Source: Mytilus edulis
Lineage: Eukaryota
Assembly: GCF_963676685.1 (NCBI RefSeq)
Contig: NC_092344.1
Coordinates: forward strand, 109,430,001 to 109,494,000
DNA: 64,000 bases
Direction: 5' to 3'
This document shows, in pieces, positions 38,272 to 47,756 of the stretch (its first letter is position 1; each line of letters opens with the position of its first letter). Position numbers and translations under genes: made by a program. The notes below the pieces were generated by a model, which ran no database searches, was not told the origin of the DNA, and worked only from the letters and a program-made list of their open reading frames with translations.

Positions 38272-38369
38272 ATGGACAATAGACGAGAATTTTCGTTCGC
38301 CAAAGCAAGAGAGGGCCATAATTTGCTAATTACAGGCATGTGTGGAACAGGGAAGACAAGTATTGTAAA
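38272..38369 (+). pseudogene. First exon of a Pif1-like (SF1B) DNA helicase; downstream exons not found
   Basis: MDNRREFSFAKAREGHNLLITGMCGTGKTSIVK: Walker A GxxGxGKT preceded by GHNLLITG, as in Pif1 motif I. Good start context (CAAAATGG), candidate donor AA|GTATGA at 38370. Confidence 0.7.
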
Positions 38370-39849
38370 GTATGAGTATATTTCATCAGCAATTAGTAAA
38401 AATGCGTGATAAAAGTAAAACATAAAAGCTCTGAAAATTTGGCGCAAGTTATTTTTGGTCGTATGCCCTGTTTGCCTCGGGGTCCTTGAGGCATAAAGAT
38501 TGTTCGAGAGATTGTTACTTCATCTCAACATGAAAAAGCATAAATAAAACAGAAAAAATATAATATCTCGAGTTTTATTCTATTTTATTCACGTATGAAT
38601 TAAAATTATTGATAAAATTTGATGAAAAAAAATTGGCGCATTTTTCTGATAGTATGCCATGAATGAGGATTGGATGTATTCTTGGCATGGTGGTCCTCTT
38701 ATTATAAAGATTGTGAATTAAATTAAGGCACTGATCATTCATCTTTTGAATGAAAGTTGGGTGTTTTTTTTTTTTTGAAAAAATGTTTGATAATTTCTGA
38801 AATTTGTTAAAAAAAAAAGTTTTACGGGAGGGGATATAAAAACTGAACATTAAACCCGGTACAAATTTATCAAGACATTGAACCCGTGCTAGGATACAAT
38901 TTAAAAAAAGGCAGGACAGGATCAAAGTTTTGAGTGAAAAGCAGGAGGAGCAGCTGGACAAATCAATCCAGGATTAAGTTATAAAAAAGAGACGGGACCA
39001 AATATCACACATATAGTGAAAAAAATTAAAAATGTTAGACAGAGATTGCAACTAGAAAAAGGCAGCCCAAAATATAGTCCCCCCCCCCCCCCCCCTCCCC
39101 CTACTAAAATTAAATCATAGCCTAATTCTAAACTATAAACAGCCATAACCAAAATACCAAACAAACTGTAACTTCTAAGTATGTGTGACTTGTCTTGTGT
39201 CTTGCAAGTCAAGAAAATGATTTGTTTCAATAAAAAAAATCTATGTCCCATGCATATTTTCATTGGTCTTATGCATTGAGAAATTTTGACCGGTCACTTA
39301 AACAGTTAGAAGTACAAAAAAAATACATTATGTTTCAGAAAAATATTTGTTGTTTCTGTATGCTATAAAACATTAGTTTGTTCCTTTAAAACATAAAAAA
39401 GTTTGTTCTGAGAAAATAAAGGTTTCCCACCCCTCTAAAGATGAATGGTTGGTGCCTTTTTAAAAACTTGATATCACACATATAATCACCCAATGCACCC
39501 TAAAAATTATAAATTTGTTTTACAAACTATATGATAGAAATGTGTCCTTTATATTGTGTTCAGTACCCAGCTTGGCTTTTATCTTTTATTATCCTTTTGC
39601 CTTGATCAGCAGAGTATACATGTGGCAAGTGGATCTTTTCCTATATACAGGTAAATCTAAATCTTCACATATTTGAGTCAGGCTAATGTCTCCTTCTCCA
39701 TCATTATGTCATCCCAGACTTTTTTATTTTTTTTATTTTTTTGGGTCCGAATTCAGTATGCCTGAAGTTAGAATATTAAAATTTAAATATAACGTATACA
39801 TAAATCCGGACATCCTGGCATTTCAATTTTTCAGGTGGTTATGCCAATA

Positions 39850-40070
39850 GGAATCCTCTAGATTTTTCCTCTATTTGAAGGTAATGACTGAATATTTTTA
39901 TTGCTGATTATTTTTTAACCGATGGATATAGTATGAAAAAAATCAAAATGGAGATATTATATAGTGTCTTTAACAACATTAAAAGAGTAAAATTGTGATA
40001 TTTAACTGGTGTCGATACATATCAATTAAATTCATTTGCATTGAAGTCTATGAAAAGTCTAGAGGATTCC
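39850..40070. mobile_element. Small MITE with TA flanks
   Basis: AATAGGAATCCTCTAGATTTTTC (39846) is the inverted match of GAAAAGTCTAGAGGATTCCTATT (ends 40074), one mismatch. Confidence 0.8.
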
Positions 40071-40710
40071 TATTAGTTTCATCTCTCAACATTGTTTACA
40101 TAACAAAAATGCCCGAGCAAAAATGCTAATCATTGATTGGTCAGTTATAAGTTGTGATGTCACTGCAAATTTATGTATGTATAAAAAAGAGGATGTGGTG
40201 TGATTGCCAATGAGACAACTCTTCACCAGAGACCAAATGACACAAAAAATAATGGCCTGATTAATTTACAAAAAAATTAACAAAAAACAAATATGTAACT
40301 CAACAACGAATTACAGGCTCCTAACTTGGGACAGGCACAAACATACATAATGTGGCGGCTTAACCATGTTAGCGGCATCCTAACCCTCCCCTAACTTGAG
40401 ACAGTGGTAACAGTACAACATACGAACGAACTATAAAAATCAGTATTGTTTGAAAACCCATGGACAACCTCACAAGACAACGTCCAGGGATGTCAACAAA
40501 AACCTTGGTATCATTTACAGTACACTGAAAAACTATCCAAAAACTATAAAATATGTATAACATAATTATTTTCATAACTAACTATTACAGGAAGAAGTGA
40601 AATATTTTCATCACAAGAACACAGGATGTTAACTGGATTTTTTTTCAGTTAAGTATATATATATATTAATCAGTAACTAAAATAGAAAATCAAAAATGCC
40701 CCAGATTTAA

Positions 40711-41417
40711 CAGTCAGGGGTATGACTCAAACAAGTGATTTCATTATCGCTTATTTCAGTGATTTTCAAATTTCAGTAATCACCTATTTAAGTGATTTTG
40801 GTGTTTTCTTTGATCTTCAAATGCTGATTTCACTAATTTTCCATGAAATGGCAATTTTTTCTGAAATTTGTCTACATAGATCAATTATCTCTTTATCTTG
40901 ATATATCAATTTTATCAGTGCGCTTGGGCAGCAAGTTAGTGCGCTGAAGCTTTTAAAAGAACCCTTGGGACTATTTCTGTCTTCTATATACTATATTTCT
41001 AGAGTTTACTACTCTACCAATAACATAAAGGTCAACACATTTATGTAATCTGCTTTGTTTTCTTTATAATTAGTATGATTTACTTCAAGGTTTTGACCGT
41101 ATCTACAAATTATCCCAGTTTAAGCATAATCCAAATAAATTTTAAAAACTGACAAAATAATTTAGCAAAAGAGCATTTTTGCATGTATTCAGTTGTATTT
41201 TCAATAGAATAGTTTTTTTAACCCTATGTAAATCTAGATTGTGGGTAAATTATTGAGAAAATGTTATAATAAGTGATTTAATGTTTACATCTCAAATCAC
41301 TTATGCAAGTGATTTTAAAAAGTGTTTCTAATTTTATAAACATTTTTCATTTTTCAATAGTGCAATCACTTTAATAGGTGATCCTGAAATCACTTGTTTA
41401 AGTAGTACCCCTGACTG
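40711..41417. mobile_element. MITE, CAG...CTG termini, 5-bp TSD TTTAA
   Basis: CAGTCAGGGGTATGACTCAAACAAGTGATTTCA versus TGAAATCACTTGTTTAAGTAGTACCCCTGACTG. TTTAA on both sides; internal AGTGATTT repeats. Confidence 0.85.
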
Positions 41418-42166
41418 TTTAATGTTTAGTCAATAAATTCAATGTTTTAAATAATATCAAACGTACCAGGCTTTTAATGTTAACCAGACACCTGTTTTGT
41501 GTAATCAACACTTATCAGTGACTCAAATCGAAATATTAGTTAGGCAAAAAAAAAATCTAGAGCATAAGACAAAATGATATTTGATATAAGTGCCAATAAG
41601 ACAATGTAATAGTTATGTAATTTATGACACAGGTATTGACTCACTCCAAAGAGCAAGCTATAATGGCCAAGGCATTGCCAGTGTAAAACAATTTAAAAGG
41701 AAAACCAACACATACAAAACCGGAAAAACTGATGACCAATAAATGATTTTTTCGTGGTAAAGTCAATATTCCAGATACAATAAGAACTAGACTTGCCATT
41801 GCGAGCAATAGCAGATGTCACCCCGTTCCCCCATTGCCAGGCCATCTGGCCGTTTCCATGACAACGGCAGCCATTTTGAAATTTCCAAAAGTCAAAAAAC
41901 ATATCTTTATATGCTAAATCAACTGTCTATAAAGTTTCATAAAATTTGGAGAATTTTGAAAATTTTCGAGTTTTTTGCCATTTCTATGGTAATAATAATA
42001 AGCTAATAAGAATAGATCTTTTATATTTGTCGTTTGGAATGATTGTAAGGTACACACGTCCAACTTTCAGGACATTAAGTTTTACATCATTAAGAATTGC
42101 ATTTTACAGTCAATACATTGTAGTACTTTTATTATTTCAGTGAAATATTTGTTTATTTCATTACAG

Positions 42167-42842
42167 GAGCACAGGAGCACTGGACATTTATTGATTCTTT
42201 CCATAGCAACACCACCAACAGCAGCAAAAAAGTTCAAGCATTTCAAGAATGGAATGTTCTGTCCAAACAAACATGTCTATCACACCTTCAAGAGCTGATA
42301 TTGGAATCATTATTAGTAGAATGGAAAACAGGGATAAAATCTAGCAAAAGGCCCAGTCGCACATGGCCCCTAGATTTTGAGCTGGGCTACTAAATTACCT
42401 GGAAAATATACTGACTCAAAGACAGACTGAAATACAGACATTGACTGAAGAAATGAATGAGGACAAAGAAAAGATGGGAGCAGATTACAAACAAAAGCTT
42501 GCTAATATAGAATCCATACTGAAGAAAGAAATGGCAAATCAGAATGATTTAATGAATGAATTAAAACAAAATAAAGAAATAAAGAGTCAATGAGCTTCAG
42601 TCTGCTCTTCGTGAAAAAAGAACAAGCTATAAAACTTCTCTAAAAACCAGTAAAAGTGCTTGGGACTATGAACTCATTAATTTTAGGGAAGAGTATAGTG
42701 TGAAAATGTCAGAAATTGAAAGAGAAAAAAACAGACAAATAGAGGATGTAAAGCAAAGAAGACTGAACATGGAAGAATCATGTCATATTCTGGAAGACAA
42801 ATGGAAACATCCTTGGCTGAAAAAAATAGTTTAAAGCAACAG
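42167..42842 (+). pseudogene. Frameshifted exon of a coiled-coil protein (cargo in the TIR element)
   Basis: Acceptor TTTCATTACAG, donor CAG|GTAACA. Heptad-like segments in shifting frames: LENILTQRQTEIQTLTEEMNEDKEKM..., VNELQSALREK..., KMSEIEREKNRQIEDVKQRR..., METSLAEKNSLKQQ. Confidence 0.6.
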
Positions 42843-43374
42843 GTAACAATTTAACTAGATAAAAGTGATCTTGTTCATGTATTTTTTTGCATGTTAACTT
42901 TTTATACATTGTGATTTGGATGGAGAAGTGTCTCATTGGCACGCATACCACATCTTATTTATATTTGAATACTTTCATCAAACTTTTATTGAAAAAGTCA
43001 CCTTTAAAAAAAAAATAGTGATAAAAACATTAAAAAAAAAACAATTGAGACATGATGACAAAGCTATACATTTTGTATGAAGCCATTCTTAGATTGCGTG
43101 CACGATCAACGGTTTGACAAGCCTATTATATTGCTCAAAGACCATTCAATTCTTATAATTACATATTTTTGCTAGGATGAAGGAAAAAACAATCTCTATC
43201 ATTTTTTTGTATATATTTACCTGTACATATAAAGCATGTGCTATCATGGGTGTTACATATCATTGTGCTATGAAGAATGACGTGAGATTGTTGTTAGCCA
43301 ATCAAAATAACAGATTTATATGTTGAAATATACTAGTACTGTAATGTAATTATTTGGATTAAAAGGGTTTTTTT

Positions 43375-44060
43375 TTTACCTGCGTCACCAACGGTGAAAG
43401 CAGGTCTAGTAACCGCTCGACTCCGTCCGTCATTCCGTCCGTCCGAAAGACTTGCATATCAACTTTAGTCAAAGATTTCTTGGCTTCTATGAAAGGGAAT
43501 GATTTTATATTTGGTCCAGAGCTTGATCATGTTGAGTTGTAAAGTGTAAGCAATTTTTAGATCTGCGATGCAGCCACTTCCTGTTTGCTGATAGTTTGAA
43601 ATTTAGCTACTCAGTGTACAAGGAAAATTTTTCGTCAAAGTTTTCTTGGCTTCTATGAAAGGGAATGATTTTATATTTGGTCCAGAGCTTGATCATGTTG
43701 AGTTGTAGTGTGTAAGCAATTTTAAGATTTGCGGTGCAGCCACTTCCTGTTTGCCGATAGTTTGAAATTTAGCTGCTCAATGTACAAGGAAAATTTTTCG
43801 TCAAAGTTTTCTTGGCTTCTATGAAAGGGAATGATTTTATATTTGGAACAGAGCTTGACTATGTTGAGTTGTAGGGTGTAAGAAATTTAAAGATCTGTGG
43901 TGCAGCCACTTCCTGTTTGCCGAAAGTTTGAAATTTAGCCACTTATTGTACAAGGAAAATTTTTAGACAAAATTTTTTGGTTTCTATTGAAGGAATTGTT
44001 TTAGATTTTCTGTAGAGCAAATATATGCAGTGACGCAGGTCCAGACCAGTATTGGTCTTG
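43375..44060 (-). mobile_element. Helentron-associated (HINE/DINE-1/pearl-like) element with about 3.3 x 166-bp internal tandem repeats
   Basis: Terminal hairpin ACCTGCGTCACC-AAC-GGTGAAAGCAGGT, (TCCG)n microsatellite, units at 43468, 43634, 43800 and 43966, subterminal IR GTGACGCAGGT, inserted at a T-run. Confidence 0.8.
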
Positions 44061-44399
44061 AATGCTGGATACTATCCATGCATGTCTGTGTCCACACAGT
44101 AAATTAATTATAAATTTCCGGATCTGCATTATTCATCATACGTAGCTGTTATAGTTTTAAATGATAAAAGCAAACAGTTTTACAATTTTTTTTCTAATTA
44201 TTCATTTGACAATATATAGTTTTCTTATTATTTCAGTGAGACGTTTCAATATTTCATCACATGAACACTGGGACATCTATAGAAACAAGTGGGACATGCA
44301 GTTTATTGATATTCTAAATAAAAAAAAATTGCTTCCAATTTCATTTCAAGCTTTTGTATTTGACCTTTAGAATGAGAAGATTTATATTCAATTCTTTAC

Positions 44400-44768
44400 A
44401 CCGCCTCGGTGATGTAATGGTTAGTGTGGTCGCCTCGAGTGCGGTAGGTTGTGGGTTCCACCCTCGGTGGGGTCAAACCAAAGACTTGAAAATTGGTATT
44501 TGCTGCTTCTTCGCCAAGCACGCGGCAATAAGGAGTTAGAGCAAAGACTGTTCGGCCCGGACTGTTCAGTCAGAATAATGTGTCTGGGTAAGTGACATAT
44601 ATTCCTGCGAACTGTTACCTTGTGAGCTAGCATGTTAAAAATCCAGGTCAGTGTGTCGGTCGAGTACAAAGCAGGGTTAATATTCATTAATCATTATCAT
44701 GTTCTCATCCTGAATATGCATCTGACTTGCCACTGGACGTTAAACAACCATCCATCCATCCATCCATC
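44400..44768 (+). mobile_element. tRNA-derived SINE (MetaSINE-like core) with (CCAT)n tail
   Basis: A box GGTGATGTAATGGTTAG, B-box-like GGGTTCCACCC, core GGTCAAACCAAAGACTTGAAAATTGGTATTTGCTGCTTC, tail GGACGTTAAACAA(CCAT)n. Confidence 0.8.
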
Positions 44769-45727
44769 AATTACTTATTGTTTGATTGCTGGTAACCCTT
44801 AATTTAACTGCTACTGTAATTTCCTTCCACTGTAGTGTAATTGTAGTGTAGTTTGTAATTGAAAACAGACAACCATTTTGACTGACATATTGCTATCCAC
44901 ATAAGTTGCTTTAAAAATCTTCCCTTCTATAGACTGATCAGAATCGTATTTAGAACATCTAATCGTATAAATAAGAAGATGTGGTATGAGTGCCAATGAG
45001 ACAACGCTCCATCAAAGTCACAATATATAAAAAGTTGATAATTATAGGTCAAAGTACAGCCTTCAGCCTTCACCACAGAGTTAAGTTTCTGTTAAAATTA
45101 TACCCCATGACGCCATCAACCAACATGATGAAAATAGAGTTATTTTTTTCAGTTTCATGCAGTTTTCAATTGATATTAAGTACATAATTTTATAATGATA
45201 AAAGAAAGGTAAAACCGACTTGAAAGGGACAATCAAACTTGAATGTAGAAAGGAAACTTACATAAACATGGATAGATATGTATTTCATTTTTTTTCTGCT
45301 TACAGACCCTTTGCATATAAGCTTATTCCATACAGAGATTAATAATTCAATTAAGTGTGTCCTCTATTTGAATTGAAAATAACAGGTTCTCTGGTTATTG
45401 CAGTGGTCAGTCTGTCTGTTGACCATTTTCAGTGTTGAGACTACAGAATTTAAGATTTGGTCCATTTTCAATAGTGGCCTTTTCTAAATCTTGCTTGTAA
45501 CAGAGTTGCAGGAGATTCATATTGGTTTTGGTTTAAAAAAACTTACAGATTATACTCTCAAGATTATTTTTGTGGTATGCTATTAATGAGAGACATGTAG
45601 ATAATTTGCATTGACTCTTATACCAGTGGTGCTATTTATATTTATAGGCTTTCAAATCTTATTCTATTTTGATATTGGTATAGAAAGCCTCATAATTAAA
45701 AAGTTGGTCTATATACAAGGTCATAGG

Positions 45728-45885
45728 CATAGGCGGATCCAGGGGGGCCCCCCCCTTTCGTGGGAAAAATTTGGTTGATTATATAGGGAATCACTGAAGC
45801 ATGACTGGAGCGGGCTCCCCCTTAGGTCAGTCAGCGGGCCCCCCCCCCCCCCCCCCCCTTATGAAAAGTTCTAGATCTGCCACTG
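45728..45885. mobile_element. 158-bp G/C-run MITE, 5-bp TSD ATAGG
   Basis: CATAGGCGGATCCAG versus CTAGATCTGCCACTG; ATAGG at 45723-45727 and 45886-45890. Confidence 0.75.
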
Positions 45886-47458
45886 ATAGGTCAACCCTTG
45901 ATTTGTAGTGTACACCATATATTGTTACATGAATGGTGTGATACTTTATGAAAGTCATTCTGCATACATGGTCATAGACATATGTCAACATTTTATTTAT
46001 ATTATGCTTTATATCTTGGTGAATAAATATAATCTGGTAAGTAATTCAAAGGTTTGGTCTTCTAACAAGGTCGCAGAAATATTGTATGTTTTGACTATTT
46101 GTATAGTTCACAAGAATTGTTGCATGCATGCTTCATACGAGAACTAAGCTACAATTGTGGTCAAAAGGCAGATTATTTAATCTAATACATTGGTTTGAGT
46201 TGAGTTTACCCGAAAGATATCTTGTATACTTGCAGCTGTTAATTATATTTATAAACTGGTAATTTAAACTAGTAAACAGAATACCCAATAAAAATCTAAT
46301 CTGGTGATTAGTTAAAAAGTTTTGAATGATCATGGACACAGGCCCATCTTCTTATCACTAGTCTATTACAGATTATTATGGAAGACAGTCGTCCTACAAT
46401 ATTTAAAATTGTTGACGAGCAAGCACACTACAATATATCTGTTTATGTTATGACCAAGCATTCATGCATGTGGTGGTATGTCAAAAGAAACTGCTAAAAA
46501 CTGCCAAGTATTTAGACCAAAAATTGAGTTTACTGCTACATACCAAATAATAGGGTAGGTGGGTAGAAGATCAAATATTTTTACTATTGCTTCCTTATTA
46601 TTAATATATAGAAATAGTTTATAAAAAAAATGAAATTCTGTTTCTATGCAAACAAGAGGTATCCTTAATTTATTTGATTCAAAGTATGTTTTTTTTTCCA
46701 TAAGATGAAATGACTAACTTGCAAATTCATAACCTAAGGTTATTTGTCAATAAAAAAGCAAAAGTAGGTAAGGTGAAAGTACATAAGTACATATCCACTC
46801 AGATGTGGGTGGGGTTTACAGAATGGAGAATAAGGAGTGGGGGCTAGAATAAAAAAAAATACCTGCAAATATTACAGAACAGTCAAAAGTATATCTGAAA
46901 GCAATTTCCAGACAACAGTAAGCAAGTAATTATTACATAATAGCCATTGTTTTTATACAAATAAAGTTTGATGTGTGAAAAAATTAAAGAATACATCATT
47001 TCAAGATTTAACAGACATAAATATAAATTTGATTAGACTTCATGAACTAATGAAATAAGGCAAAATAAAATTTATGTGTGCATTCAGTTACATCTAAAAA
47101 AAGAAAGTTACATGAAGAGAATTTTTAAAGCCTTTTTTACATTGGGTCTATAAGAACAACATTCTTACTTTAACGGTGCTTAATGAAAAATGACAGAAAA
47201 ATCTGTAGGGTAGGCAATTAGTAATTTTAAGACTAAAAAGTATAGGGTAACTGAAAACTCACCCCATATATTTTTATTTGTCCTAACCAAAATGAATGAT
47301 TATTATTGCACCATCTGTAATATGTATTTAATTAATTATTAATTATTTTTCTAAAACCATAAATCATTAGTTGTTGAAATCTTTTCAATTTTTTTTGACA
47401 CATCCATTGATAAAATTTCAAGAACCTGGGCATATTTTTTTCCAAAGTACTAATATAT

Positions 47459-47756
47459 GAGGGGGAGGACAGGGGTAAGGGAGACAGGGAGAAAGGGGGT
47501 AGGAGAAAGGAGAAAGGGGGTGGGAGAAAGGAGAAAGGGGGTAGGAGAAAGGAGAGGAAGACTGGGAGAAAGGAGAAAAAGTTGGAGAAAGGAGAAAAAA
47601 TGAAATATCTCTCCTTTTAAAAAAATTTCTAATATTTCAAGAAAAAATATCTCAAAAGGAGATGTTTTATTTTAATGGGAGAAAGGAGAACGGGGGTAGG
47701 AGAAAGGAGAAGAGGGGTGGGAGAAGGGAGAAGGGTACCCCCCTGTCCTCCCCCTC
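47459..47756. mobile_element. Sola2-like MITE (GAG...CTC, 4-bp TSD ATAT) with polypurine GGAGAAA array
   Basis: TIR GAGGGGGAGGACAGGGG / CCCCTGTCCTCCCCCTC with ATAT flanks. Confidence 0.75.

Noticed and set aside
39835-40185. AKMLIIDWSVIS as a Walker B (LIIDE) exon of the Pif1 gene after removing the MITE
   Set aside because: It lacks the catalytic Glu, motif Ia is not found upstream, and the DNA could simply be a CCAAT/CRE-like motif. Too weak to call.
44400-44475. tRNA gene
   Set aside because: It is the head of a SINE, continuing into the core and microsatellite tail, and the cloverleaf is degenerate.
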